A DNA stretch of 64,000 bases, taken from the NCBI GenBank assembly GCA_030603365.1, contig JAUVXV010000001.1:637037-701036 (forward strand). The letters run 5' to 3'. The DNA comes from Candidatus Heimdallarchaeota archaeon. GTDB lineage: Archaea; Asgardarchaeota; Heimdallarchaeia; Heimdallarchaeales; Heimdallarchaeaceae. The notes beneath the pieces were generated by a model. That model made no database searches and was not told the DNA's origin. It worked only from the letters and a program-made list of their open reading frames with translations. Of this stretch, positions 9,172 to 19,562 are shown piece by piece; positions within the stretch are counted from its first letter, which is position 1; each line of letters opens with the position of its first letter. A program made the position numbers and the translations under genes.

Positions 9172-12102
9172 TTAGTTTGGAGGTGTTTTCCTAATTTGTG
9201 GTCTTACTCTAGGTATTATGATAACTGTAAGAATAATTAGAGCAGATATCCAAATTGCAGCCGTTTCAATAGTGGGTAAAGCATCCCAAAAGGGAACATT
9301 ATTGAAAATTCTTATTCGTCCATCAGTCGGTGTATGGTCTACTAATTTGAGTGGTACATAAAGGAAATATTCTCCATATTGTGTAAATGTATAGGTAAAT
9401 TCATACTTGTTTGATACTGCATTGAATTCCAGTTCGATATATTCGATGAGATTGTCTGGCATTAGCAGATCTGCATTAAGAACTGCTCCCCCTTGTGTGT
9501 AGACTGTACCGTTTTTGAGAGTTATTTCAATAGCAAAATCTATGGACTGTCTTATCATTATATCGACGGGATTGTTTTCAAGATATAGCTGTGGTCTATG
9601 TGTATCAATTAGCCAATCAAAAGTTTCATTCACTAGAAGAAGGTTATTTGCATCTAGTTTGAATATTCCTTTGTATTGAGAGCCTAATCCCACTCTTTGA
9701 GGATTTGTTTCAAGTGTATCTGGTAAGAGCCCATGATCTGTAAATGGATAACCTGAACCAAACACCATTATTCGTCCATTATTTACCTCCTTAGCCAAAG
9801 CTGTATCAAAAATGTAAATTTTATCATTAATTATGATTTCTGGTGTTCTAGCTAATACTGTGTCATTTGGATCATTATCTTCTGTAAAGTGAAGCATTTT
9901 ACCCCAGAACATGAAAGAATCTACAGTAAGCATAGATGCCTCTTCAGTAGTGTAAACTTCGTAAGGTACATTTACAGGAACGGTCTCCCAAACCGTAATA
10001 TTGAAACGATCGAGAAACTCATCACACGTGTAATAATTGCTCGATATTAATGGAGAACCCTCAATAGATTCAACATCTATAAACCTGATACTGTCAATTA
10101 AAAATAGAAGCGAACCTCCCGTACTTACAAAATTGTAAATATCATCTATCTCTTGACTCGTAAAATTCAGCTCTGGATCTGAAATAACTAAGATATTAAC
10201 ATCTGTGAAATTATAATCGCCGCTAGTATGAGTTCTAATTCTGAAACTTCTATCTTTTAGAATTCTTGTCAAATGCATATGAGTACCATAAGGTGTAGAT
10301 GCATCGAACCATCTATTCAGAGTGTCGTTTTCGTGGGAAATATCAAATAATACTGTTCCTCCTAAAGGTCGTGTTATTATATCAAATAAAATGAAACTAT
10401 TAATTCCTGTAAATCCAGAACCTGAAATACCCAAATGACCCTGTACATTTCTCATTCTAGTATTCATAGGAATAGTAAAAGTTACATTAATGTGATTCCA
10501 ACCTTCATAGATAAAGATATTTTGTGCATATTCTAAAAATTCATCTGGGACTTGCTGATGTTCTAGTATAATCATTCCATCTGAGGATGAGATTAGTTTA
10601 ACTTGAAACTCGAAACTTTCTCCCTCAACACATGCATAATAATATTCATTTTCAGAGGAAATTCTTCTTGGAAGAGTTGCGAAAATTCCAGTAGGTCCGT
10701 AAAGACTTAGAGCGTCATAAGCTGCTACTGGATTGATTATTCCATTCCCTTGATAGACTATGGGATGTCCCAAGTCATCTGCTGAACCAATTACTGCTGC
10801 CTCATAAGCATGTGGACTCAAACCAGGGAATGCACCTATAAGAAGGGCCATTACTCCTGAAACGATTGGAGCTGATACTGAAGTACCAGAAACCCATCTA
10901 GAACCACCATCCTCTGCATCACTTCCTTGTATTGCTATACCTGGAGCAAGTACATCAACTCCTGCTGAGAAATTCTGGTTCAAACCTTTGGAAGTAAAGA
11001 TTGTTAGATCGTTCAGTCCATCTGAAGCACCAACAGAAATTACATGATCCCATATTGCAGGAGCTCCTACAGAACCTCCAGAAGGACCATAATTTCCTGC
11101 AGAAGCAATTATTGGAATGTCATTTCTAGCGGCTTCATACACTAGTTCCTCTATAGGATCTCCTGTTTCAGCGAAAGTAACTGAAGTAAGACTTGCAGAG
11201 ATTAAATCAGGTGCTTGATTTATTGCTTCATCAAAACCAATTATAAGCCATTCATCTTTTCCAGATCCTGTTTGATTTAATACTTTGATATTAATTAATC
11301 GAGCATCAGGTGCAATACCATAATCTTCAGTTTCAATAATATCTCCATTTTCATCACGGTATTTTCCATTTCCTGCAAGAATAGTGGCAACATGGGTCCC
11401 ATGACCACTGAAATCTGCTTGATCTTCTAATCCTGGAACAGGTGTTATATCAAGAATTACTTTAGGTTCATCATAATTCAACAGGCCATCTAATGCAGGT
11501 ACTTTAGAAGTATTCAATCCACTATCTAGAATTGCTACTATAACACCATAACCGGTATGATTCGCATCATGGATGGTATCTATTTGCAATGCTTCTCTGA
11601 GCTCTGCTAGATTGACCAATCCTGGAAATTCCATATCAATATTCATTGGAACTACATACTCGTAAGTTCCTATTGGGTAAGTATATTTAATCTCAAAATT
11701 ATTGAAATCAATTTGATTGAGAAAACTATCTATATAACTAATAATAATTGCAGGGATTGATTTGAATACACGTTCTACATTTATACCGTGATTAATTGCA
11801 TCCCTTGCAAAGAAATCTCTATCTTCAGTAGTAAAAAATGAGATCATTGCTCTGTTGTCATATTCGACAAGATTTGATAGGACTACATGAGTTCTTAATG
11901 ATTCTGACCATCTTTGATCATGTAAAATATTTTGTGCTTTTATTATGGTGTAGGGGTTTGCTTGTTTATCTTCTACAGTTGTTTGGAATGGAGCTATTTG
12001 AAATCCAGTCGATGCATCGTTTGCACCAAATATTAGGTTATAAGTTGGGACTGGGAGAGCTAAAAATAAAAGAAACAACAAAACGAATGGCTTACTCTTC
12101 AT
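9172..12102 (-). CDS. membrane-anchored S8 subtilase with site-1-protease-like architecture
   Basis: Signal peptide; ILDSG, HGTHVA, SAGN, SGTSVSAP; GATase-like/DUF4350-type domain; C-terminal TM. Confidence 0.9.
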   Translation of the reverse strand: MKSKPFVLLFLLFLALPVPTYNLIFGANDASTGFQIAPFQTTVEDKQANPYTIIKAQNILHDQRWSESLRTHVVLSNLVEYDNRAMISFFTTEDRDFFARDAINHGINVERVFKSIPAIIISYIDSFLNQIDFNNFEIKYTYPIGTYEYVVPMNIDMEFPGLVNLAELREALQIDTIHDANHTGYGVIVAILDSGLNTSKVPALDGLLNYDEPKVILDITPVPGLEDQADFSGHGTHVATILAGNGKYRDENGDIIETEDYGIAPDARLINIKVLNQTGSGKDEWLIIGFDEAINQAPDLISASLTSVTFAETGDPIEELVYEAARNDIPIIASAGNYGPSGGSVGAPAIWDHVISVGASDGLNDLTIFTSKGLNQNFSAGVDVLAPGIAIQGSDAEDGGSRWVSGTSVSAPIVSGVMALLIGAFPGLSPHAYEAAVIGSADDLGHPIVYQGNGIINPVAAYDALSLYGPTGIFATLPRRISSENEYYYACVEGESFEFQVKLISSSDGMIILEHQQVPDEFLEYAQNIFIYEGWNHINVTFTIPMNTRMRNVQGHLGISGSGFTGINSFILFDIITRPLGGTVLFDISHENDTLNRWFDASTPYGTHMHLTRILKDRSFRIRTHTSGDYNFTDVNILVISDPELNFTSQEIDDIYNFVSTGGSLLFLIDSIRFIDVESIEGSPLISSNYYTCDEFLDRFNITVWETVPVNVPYEVYTTEEASMLTVDSFMFWGKMLHFTEDNDPNDTVLARTPEIIINDKIYIFDTALAKEVNNGRIMVFGSGYPFTDHGLLPDTLETNPQRVGLGSQYKGIFKLDANNLLLVNETFDWLIDTHRPQLYLENNPVDIMIRQSIDFAIEITLKNGTVYTQGGAVLNADLLMPDNLIEYIELEFNAVSNKYEFTYTFTQYGEYFLYVPLKLVDHTPTDGRIRIFNNVPFWDALPTIETAAIWISALIILTVIIIPRVRPQIRKTPPN

Positions 12103-12267
12103 AAATATAGAATGAGTTTGTGACTTTTAGATTTTTCCCTAGTATTAATCGAAGATGTGATTATTTTTGTCAGTAATAATGATATCTCCCTCTTTTTCTC
12201 TCCTAAATACTTTGAAATGGAAATGCTTATATTCAAACAAATGGGATGGCTTCCAAGGTGAAAAGCT

Positions 12268-12672
12268 ATGCCTTATCAATGGTTAAAACGTTCTCGTAGA
12301 AAATTATCTGGTGGCCTCATTCGTCGCTCATCTTCAAAGAAGAAAAGAGATATGGGAAGATATCCAGCTGAAACTCAAATTGGTCCAAGAAAATTAAAAC
12401 ATATTAGAACAAGAGGAGGAAACTTCAAACATCGTGTTCTTACAGCTGAGGAAGCTATTGTCCTAGATCAATCAACAGGTGTCAGTGAGAAAGTCAAAAT
12501 ACTAAATGTACTAGAAAACAGAGCCAACAGAGAATATGCCCGACGTCGAATTATCACAAAGGGTTGTGTTATTGATACAGCGCTTGGCAAAGCACGTGTG
12601 ACCAGCAGACCTGGACAACATGGTGTTATTAACTGTATTTTGATTGATAAGAAGGAAGATAAGGACAAGTAA
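12268..12672 (+). CDS. rps8e: 30S ribosomal protein S8e
   Basis: RTRGGNFK, IITKG, ARVTSRPGQHGVIN. Confidence 0.97.
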   Translation: MPYQWLKRSRRKLSGGLIRRSSSKKKRDMGRYPAETQIGPRKLKHIRTRGGNFKHRVLTAEEAIVLDQSTGVSEKVKILNVLENRANREYARRRIITKGCVIDTALGKARVTSRPGQHGVINCILIDKKEDKDK

Positions 12673-12713
12673 ATCTTCCAAATCTTTAATAATTAATTTA
12701 AAAAGGCTATATT

Positions 12714-13061
12714 ATGTTACGCAAAAAGCGTCACTTTGTTCTTTATCCTGAATATTTTGATAAACAACTTTCAAGAAAGCAGGGAAGAAAAGTTCCAAAA
12801 AGTAAAGCCGTAAGTGAATGTAATTTGTCAAAAATAGCTTATGCTTGTAAATATCTTGAGTTAGAATATGAAGTTGAAAAAGACAAAAAATATTCTAAAA
12901 ATTGGTGGGGAAGTGAAGGCAGGATAATAGTCAATCCTGAAGGTGTTGCTAGTAAAACCGATTTAATTAGAAGAGTATCCAATATCTCAAGAAAACTGAA
13001 GAAAACTGAGAAAACAACAAATACCAAAAAAGGGAAATCTTCAGTCAAACCTAAAAAGTAG
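12714..13061 (+). CDS. srp19: signal recognition particle protein SRP19
   Basis: VLYPEYFDKQLSRKQGRKVPK, WW..GRI. Confidence 0.93.
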   Translation: MLRKKRHFVLYPEYFDKQLSRKQGRKVPKSKAVSECNLSKIAYACKYLELEYEVEKDKKYSKNWWGSEGRIIVNPEGVASKTDLIRRVSNISRKLKKTEKTTNTKKGKSSVKPKK

Positions 13062-13084
13062 TTTTTACCATTAGAGGGATATCG

Positions 13085-13399
13085 ATGGAACGTGATAGAA
13101 TAACAAAACTTGGCAATATCAATTTCTTTTCAGACTTAAGACTAGCTATAATAAAAGATCCTCCTAAATTACCTAAAATTAGATCTCATGTTGTAAATGA
13201 AAAAATGGAGCACATAGGTAATGTCAATGATATCTTTGGTCCTGTAAAGTCCCCATATGTTAGTATCAGAATTAAAGAACAGTTTAGAGATATGTTATCT
13301 ACTGAAACAATCCTTTATGTTCTTGAAAAACCACAACGACAAGTAAGGCAACAGAAACGTAAATATTCTCAGAAGAAATCTCGTTATACTAAAAAGTAG
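13085..13399 (+). CDS. gar1: H/ACA RNP protein Gar1
   Basis: IGNVNDIFGPVKSPYVSI; follows rps8e-srp19. Confidence 0.9.
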   Translation: MERDRITKLGNINFFSDLRLAIIKDPPKLPKIRSHVVNEKMEHIGNVNDIFGPVKSPYVSIRIKEQFRDMLSTETILYVLEKPQRQVRQQKRKYSQKKSRYTKK

Positions 13400-13601
13400 A
13401 ACACTTAAATTTGGAGACATTACTTTTTTTGTCGCCATTAAAGTCTAATTTTTAGAATCATTTTCATTTTGAAAAATCAGAAAAATCTTTGAGCGGTATT
13501 AACACTTAAATATGCTGTTACGGTATGTATATACAGACGATAGGGTTGTTGTATAGAGCTTATTCTGTTAGTGAATAGAATCGATGACAATCTGCTGGTG
13601 A

Positions 13602-14063
13602 ATGATTAGAATGATTCCATTGCAAAGGATAAAAACTGAAAAAAACTATAGCATAGCTTTAGGTGATGAAATAATAGAACTTATTGACAGAACTTCAAAA
13701 AAACAGTTGCTGTATAGAGAAGTCTTAGATCTTTTAGGAAATCATGATACTATCATTCACAAGATTGACGAACTACTTTACACAAACAAAATTCTCAAAA
13801 TTCCTATAGAGATAGGAAATGTAAAGGATTATGTTCTTCTTATTCCAACGAAAAAAGAAACAGGATGGATGACAATGATATGTCCCTGTTTTACCTGCGA
13901 TAGAATTGATGAATGTGCAGTTAATAACCCTGTTAATCCAGTTTCATGTAGACTGTATAATGAATGGTTAATTGAAGAAGATGAATCCAATGCAATAAAA
14001 CCTTTCAAATTCGTAGAATTTGATATACTGGATGATGATGAGATTAAGATACCAGCCAAATAA
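13602..14063 (+). CDS. RPC34-like protein (wHTH + Fe-S cluster motif)
   Basis: CPCFTCDRIDEC...VNPVSCRLYNEWL matches the RPC34/C39 C-terminal Cys motif; gar1-trm1 context. Confidence 0.75.
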   Translation: MIRMIPLQRIKTEKNYSIALGDEIIELIDRTSKKQLLYREVLDLLGNHDTIIHKIDELLYTNKILKIPIEIGNVKDYVLLIPTKKETGWMTMICPCFTCDRIDECAVNNPVNPVSCRLYNEWLIEEDESNAIKPFKFVEFDILDDDEIKIPAK

Positions 14064-14133
14064 TCATCAATTTTAAAACAACGGACGTAATTTTTATCAA
14101 TAGTTATTTTCAATGAATCCTAAATAACCTTAT

Positions 14134-14730
14134 GTGAACACTTTGAGTGACGATTTTTATTATAAAAAAGCCAAATACAGCGGTTTTCGATCAAGAGCAT
14201 CTTATAAGTTATTAGAATTGAATGATAAATTTAAATTTCTCAAAAGAAATCAATTTGTAGTTGACTTAGGAGCTGCTCCAGGAGGATGGACTCAAGTTGC
14301 AGCAAAAAAGATAGGGAAAGAGGGTACAGTCTTAGCAATAGATAAAGCTTACATTGAACCTTTCAAAGAGAATAATGTCATAATTCTTCATGCGGATATT
14401 TTCAATGCGAAATTGGCAACTGAAATAACCAAAACTTATGGTCTTGTTGATGTTCTCATTTCTGACTGTGCACCCAATATCTCAGGACAATATAGTAAGG
14501 ATCACTCTATTCAATCTATGTTAGTACAAAGAGCTCTTGAATTAGCAAAAGATATTCTAAGGAATGATGGTAGTTTTGCTTGTAAGCTTTTTCAGGGAAG
14601 TGAAACACAAGACATTATTAAAGAGGCCAAAGAAACATTTGTAGTGGTTAAGTTGTATAAACCGAAAGCATCTAGAAAACGCAGTTCTGAAATCTATCTT
14701 TTTGGTTCACAGTTGAAAGGTGGAGAATAA
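14134..14730 (+). CDS. rlmE: 23S rRNA Um2552 methyltransferase RlmE
   Basis: RSRASYKL, DLGAAPGGWTQ, SDCAPN, KPKASRKRSSEIY. Confidence 0.94.
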   Translation: MNTLSDDFYYKKAKYSGFRSRASYKLLELNDKFKFLKRNQFVVDLGAAPGGWTQVAAKKIGKEGTVLAIDKAYIEPFKENNVIILHADIFNAKLATEITKTYGLVDVLISDCAPNISGQYSKDHSIQSMLVQRALELAKDILRNDGSFACKLFQGSETQDIIKEAKETFVVVKLYKPKASRKRSSEIYLFGSQLKGGE

Positions 14731-15928
14731 AACAATTAGAGGCAAAAATATGTCAACTAATAACAATATGTGGAAGAATGTTGAGGAAGGAAAAACAACA
14801 ATCATCACATTGAACGATGCTGCAAGAATATACGATTCATTAGTGTTTTATAATCCTAGAATGGTAATTAATAGAGATTTAACCCTACTTATGCTAGAAG
14901 CAATTTATTCATTGGAAAATGAACCTTTGACAATTATTGACCCTCTCGCTGGAACTGGTATTAGGAGTTTTAGAATATTAGAAGAAATACAACCAGAAGT
15001 AATTAAACAGATTATAGTAAGTGATAAGAATCCTAAAGCAGTAGAAATTATTGAAAAAAATGCATTAAATCTCAAAAATAAAGATAAACTTAGAATTCAG
15101 AAAGCTGATGCATATGAGTTTATTGCACAATTGATGAACGAAAGAGTATATCCTGATATTATCGATATTGATCCTTTTGGGTCTCCTATAAGATTCATTG
15201 AAATTTCCCTCAAAGCTTTACAAAAAAAACAAGGTTACCTTTTTGCGACCGCAACAGATTTACAAGTCTTATGTGCAAAGTATTCAGATGCATGTTTTCG
15301 AATATACAATGCTCACCCAACCAGATATCATCTGTGTCATGAGGTAGCTCTAAGAATTCTGATTTACAATGCTTTGATAAGTGCTGGTAGATTGGGCGTT
15401 GCAATTAAACCTATTTTAAGCATTAATCATGAACATTTCTTACGAATTAAATTAAAGATTCTGGAAAGTAAAGAAGAAGCTAATTCTCAGCATAAGGAAC
15501 AAGGGCAAGTTCATTTTTGCCCAAGGTGCTCATACTATCAAATTATTAGACTTAAAGAAAGCTTCAACTTAGATGCATGTCCAATTTGTGAATCGAATTT
15601 GGAAATAGCAGGACCTTTATGGTTAGGCACACTTCACGATAAGAAATATATCCAAGAAATGCTCAAAATAATGGATCAAAAAGATTTACCTTCACAAGAT
15701 CAGATTAAGAAGATTCTATCAATAATCTTAGAGGAAGAAGACAATCCTTTTTTTTATTATCTACCTTATATGTTAAGGCAAATTAAGAAAAAAGGTGTGT
15801 CGAGACAACAAATAATTGAAGGACTCTTAGATGAAGGATTTAAAGCATCCAGAACAATTTTCGACCCAGAAGGTTTAAAGACAAATGCAACTTACACTGA
15901 GATATTAGAATTGATTCAAAAGTACTAA
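14720..15928 (+). CDS. trm1: tRNA (G26-N2)-dimethyltransferase Trm1
   Basis: VFYNPRM..NRD, DIDPFGSP, TATD, AGPLWLG. Confidence 0.94.
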   Translation: MENKTIRGKNMSTNNNMWKNVEEGKTTIITLNDAARIYDSLVFYNPRMVINRDLTLLMLEAIYSLENEPLTIIDPLAGTGIRSFRILEEIQPEVIKQIIVSDKNPKAVEIIEKNALNLKNKDKLRIQKADAYEFIAQLMNERVYPDIIDIDPFGSPIRFIEISLKALQKKQGYLFATATDLQVLCAKYSDACFRIYNAHPTRYHLCHEVALRILIYNALISAGRLGVAIKPILSINHEHFLRIKLKILESKEEANSQHKEQGQVHFCPRCSYYQIIRLKESFNLDACPICESNLEIAGPLWLGTLHDKKYIQEMLKIMDQKDLPSQDQIKKILSIILEEEDNPFFYYLPYMLRQIKKKGVSRQQIIEGLLDEGFKASRTIFDPEGLKTNATYTEILELIQKY

Positions 15929-15937
15929 TAGTTAGAG

Positions 15938-16630
15938 GTGGAACTAATCTCAGAGAAAAATACTATCATAGTTGGAATCGATGAAGCTGGAAGGGGCCCT
16001 GTAATAGGTCCAATGGTATTATGTGCATATGCAATTGATAAGAACAAGGAAAAAGAATTAACAAAAATTGGTGTGAAAGATTCTAAAGTTCTATCATCTA
16101 AAAAGAGAGTATCGCTTTATCCAATGATAGAGAAATTAAGTTCCAAAATAGCAGTTAAACATCTTTCTGCAGCTGAAATAGATGAATTAAGAAAGAGACA
16201 TACTCTTAATGAAATTGAACAGAAAATAATGATAAAACTTGTAAAAGATTTGAAATTTATTCCAGGTGAAATATACATAGATGCTGCCGATGTTAATGCG
16301 GAAAGATTTGGAGAGGCATTCAAGAGGGAGTTCCCAAGTTCGAAGGTCATATCTAGACATCAAGCTGATAAATATTATCCAGTAGTTTCCGCAGCTTCAG
16401 TAATGGCAAAAGTGCAAAGAGATCAGGTCATAGAAAAACTATCTAAGGAAATTGGTGAGGATTTAGGATCTGGCTATCCAGCTGATCCAAAGACCAAAAA
16501 ATTCTTGAGAACATATTATTCCAAAAATAAGAAATTTCCACCTTTTGTGAGAGAATCTTGGGATACTGCTAAAAAATTAAAGAAGGAATTCTCTCAAACC
16601 AAAAAACTCTCAGATTTTCTAGAAAAATAA
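15938..16630 (+). CDS. rnhB: ribonuclease HII
   Basis: GIDEAGRGPVIGP, DSK, SAASVMAK, GSGYPAD, C-terminal PIP-box-like LSDFL. Confidence 0.96.
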   Translation: MELISEKNTIIVGIDEAGRGPVIGPMVLCAYAIDKNKEKELTKIGVKDSKVLSSKKRVSLYPMIEKLSSKIAVKHLSAAEIDELRKRHTLNEIEQKIMIKLVKDLKFIPGEIYIDAADVNAERFGEAFKREFPSSKVISRHQADKYYPVVSAASVMAKVQRDQVIEKLSKEIGEDLGSGYPADPKTKKFLRTYYSKNKKFPPFVRESWDTAKKLKKEFSQTKKLSDFLEK

Positions 16631-16634
16631 CTTC

Positions 16635-17267
16635 TCAATCTGTTTCTTGGTTTCTTCTTTTTTTGAAAATTACAGGAAACAAAAATCCTGTTAAGAGTCC
16701 AATGGCATGAGCCACAACGTTTGTATTAATACCAACAGTCATTACAAGGAATATTACACCAATCCCAAGATACACCCAGAGTTTTTTATCTTTCTCTTCT
16801 TGGTAGATGATAATTACATCTGCTCCCAATAAACCAAAGACCCCTCCACTTGCTCCAGCTGAAAGAGTTCCAGCACCAAATGTGAGTGTTAGTAAACCTC
16901 CCATTAACCCAGAAATTAGGAATACAAAATAGTACTGCCATGAAAACAGATGGTCTTCTAACTTCAATCCAAAAATAAGTAAGAATAAACTATTAGAAAC
17001 TAAATGGAGCCAGTCAAAGTGGACAAAGATTGAACTAATTAATTGATATACATGTCCTTGATACACCAGCGCATTGGCTTGACCCACTTTAATTAGTAGA
17101 TCTTCAGAAATATAATAAAAGGCATCAAAATTAATATCTGAAGCCTGTACTAGAGTAATTATCCATAATGTAATATGTACAACAAAGATGATTATCAATA
17201 TATTTCTAGTAGGTAGATTAATCTTCCAGAAAGAATTAAATGAATATTTTTCAGTTTCTTCAGTCAC
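16635..17267 (-). CDS. rhomboid intramembrane serine protease
   Basis: FVHFDWLHLVSN, GASGG, AHAIG. Confidence 0.92.
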   Translation of the reverse strand: MTEETEKYSFNSFWKINLPTRNILIIIFVVHITLWIITLVQASDINFDAFYYISEDLLIKVGQANALVYQGHVYQLISSIFVHFDWLHLVSNSLFLLIFGLKLEDHLFSWQYYFVFLISGLMGGLLTLTFGAGTLSAGASGGVFGLLGADVIIIYQEEKDKKLWVYLGIGVIFLVMTVGINTNVVAHAIGLLTGFLFPVIFKKRRNQETD

Positions 17268-17316
17268 AGTTTATAAGAAAAGAATGGTATTAAAATTGTT
17301 TTTATTGAAAAGAAAA

Positions 17317-18852
17317 TTAAGAAGAGATTTTACTCTTCTCAATTGAATAATAGACACAGGATTCTACTCCCTCACTAATTATTGCTTTTCTTGCTTTAAC
17401 GAAGCCTACAATAGTACTAAAGAATAAACCTATCATAAGAAATATAATAGCAACTCCTAGTGAAACAATTGGTCCAATTAGATGCTCTATTATAAGTTGG
17501 TTTTGTGTAAGCCCTTGAAATTGATAACTAATTCGTAGAATAGCTAGTGGTAATGTACCTAGAAGCACTATGAATGCTCCAATTATCAAACCTATGAATA
17601 GCTTAATTGGTGATAGTTTTAATGGCTTATCAGAAGCTTGAGGGAGCTCAATTCTAGCATTGTCTTTCTTAATTGCATTTACAATATTCGAAAAGGAGCT
17701 TGGTAACATAAAGGCAGTAAGATTCAGATTAACTACTATGGTTAACAAAGCTAGTCCAATACCTACGAAAAGCAAAGCTAAACTAATTGCCCTACCTGGT
17801 TTTATAAGCATTTTAAGAGGGACTGCTCCAAGTAGTGTTTCTTGAAAAGCTTGATAGGTAGCAATTACAAAGAAGAAAACAAACATCCACATTAATCCTG
17901 CAGAGGCAAAAGAATGTACTACTGTTGTTATTTTCAAAGGATTTTCAATTGTAGGAACATCCATTTCGGCAATTTCCTCAACAGTTTTTCCTAATTGGGT
18001 TCTTTGCCTCCTCAACAACTTTATGATTTTTAATAACCAATAACTTATCGCAAATAGTAATATTGCTATTCCTAGAAAAATCCAAGTGTCCCATAATAAC
18101 GCATTCAAACCAACAGGTGTCACATATGTTGGTGAGTAGTTAACAGCGTAGTGCATTGCTCTAATTATAGCAACTGGTAATAGTGCAGATCCTGTAACAA
18201 TCATACCTGTTATTGTAACAATCTTTGTCCATTTTGGAATTAGGTTCTTAGGTTGTAGTTTTTCTAAATCCTTTTCTCCTTTAACCAATGCTTTCAATCT
18301 TTTGGGTAATTCATTGACTTGAATACCCAAATTTAGTACTATTGTAGCTAGACCAAAAGCAATACCTCCTATTAGAAAAGCAACCCCTAATCCTTCAATT
18401 GGGACAGTAATTATTTCATATATATGATCAGCGAATTCATTACCATTAATTCCAGCTATTATCCAAAATATCATTAAAACTGCTGCTACTAATTCAAAGA
18501 GTATTCCTGTAATAAGGAAGATTGGAAAACTTTTAGCAAAGAATGGTATCGCAGGTTTGTCTAATTTTAGACCGGCTTTCTTAAAACTCACAGTTGCATT
18601 TTCACCTGTTTGTTTTATATTTCTCACTATTATCACAATAGCAAAACCTATCCCTAGTTTCAGAAATCCTAATCCTAATAGTGGAATAATTTCTAAGAAT
18701 CTCTTCAGTACTATCTCAACTACTGTACCTTGTATTGTAGCTTCATTAATCGTTCTCCAAATCCCTAATCCCAATGATATAAGTACAAGAGAAAAACCAA
18801 AGAAAAGAATCTCTTTATATCTTTTGAACATTTTTTCCATCATTTTAATCAT
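17317..18852 (-). CDS. multi-pass membrane protein with internal repeats
   Basis: About ten TMs; recurring GIxF/LxxxxIVxNL unit. Confidence 0.7.
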   Translation of the reverse strand: MIKMMEKMFKRYKEILFFGFSLVLISLGLGIWRTINEATIQGTVVEIVLKRFLEIIPLLGLGFLKLGIGFAIVIIVRNIKQTGENATVSFKKAGLKLDKPAIPFFAKSFPIFLITGILFELVAAVLMIFWIIAGINGNEFADHIYEIITVPIEGLGVAFLIGGIAFGLATIVLNLGIQVNELPKRLKALVKGEKDLEKLQPKNLIPKWTKIVTITGMIVTGSALLPVAIIRAMHYAVNYSPTYVTPVGLNALLWDTWIFLGIAILLFAISYWLLKIIKLLRRQRTQLGKTVEEIAEMDVPTIENPLKITTVVHSFASAGLMWMFVFFFVIATYQAFQETLLGAVPLKMLIKPGRAISLALLFVGIGLALLTIVVNLNLTAFMLPSSFSNIVNAIKKDNARIELPQASDKPLKLSPIKLFIGLIIGAFIVLLGTLPLAILRISYQFQGLTQNQLIIEHLIGPIVSLGVAIIFLMIGLFFSTIVGFVKARKAIISEGVESCVYYSIEKSKISS

Positions 18853-18943
18853 CCTTGTTTTAAAAAAACCATGTTTCCTCTCCTCTCCTCAAAAAAATAA
18901 GATAGAGAGAAAGTATAGAATTTCAATTCTTTAGTTCTTAAGA

Positions 18944-19366
18944 TTAGCGTCCGAAATTTGGTGCAGGTAATCCATTCTTCTCTGCGATTTTCTTCATTAG
19001 ATTAGTTAGCATAGTGAGTTTATCTTCACCCATTTGTTGAGCAGTTTCAAGAGTAGTTTTCATATCTACCATATGAATTTTTTCTCCAACCATTTTACCA
19101 GCTTTCATACGTCCAAGAATGATAGCATCCTTCTCTTCAGGGCTTAATCCCATTAGTATTTTTGTTCGTGTTGCAATAAATTGCTTCATTTTCTTCTCCT
19201 TTAGACTTGTAACAGCTGTTATCAGTCCAGCTAGAGATTTTACTCTTTGTTCTTCTGGTTGCCCAGCAATCATTTTCAACCTTTGAGTTAACATCTGTTG
19301 TCTTTGCTCTTCAGGAGCATCAGCCAACATTTTAATCATATCATCCATATCATTCATTTTAATCAC
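18944..19366 (-). CDS. Met-rich helical hypothetical protein
   Basis: Repeated PEEQR-type helical units. Confidence 0.65.
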   Translation of the reverse strand: MIKMNDMDDMIKMLADAPEEQRQQMLTQRLKMIAGQPEEQRVKSLAGLITAVTSLKEKKMKQFIATRTKILMGLSPEEKDAIILGRMKAGKMVGEKIHMVDMKTTLETAQQMGEDKLTMLTNLMKKIAEKNGLPAPNFGR

Positions 19367-19562
19367 ATTATAAGTAATTTTTCAAATAATACATTACCTG
19401 AATTTTTATTTAAACTATCTGGAACCACAAAATTTCTGAAAAATAAGGCCTTATCCAATTGTGAGTAACTATACTACATTTGTGGTCTCTCTTGAAGTGC
19501 TTTACGAGAAATATTGAAGAAAATAACAATAGAAAAAGATTAACATCTATTTTAATCAATAA

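Noticed and set aside
12103-12267. SRP RNA near rps8e/srp19
   Set aside because: Too short and AT-rich; no helix 8 motif seen.
19425-19486. ACCACAAA...TTTGTGGT inverted repeat and ATAAGGCCTTAT palindrome
   Set aside because: Short, single-copy and plausible by chance; no cognate regulator nearby.
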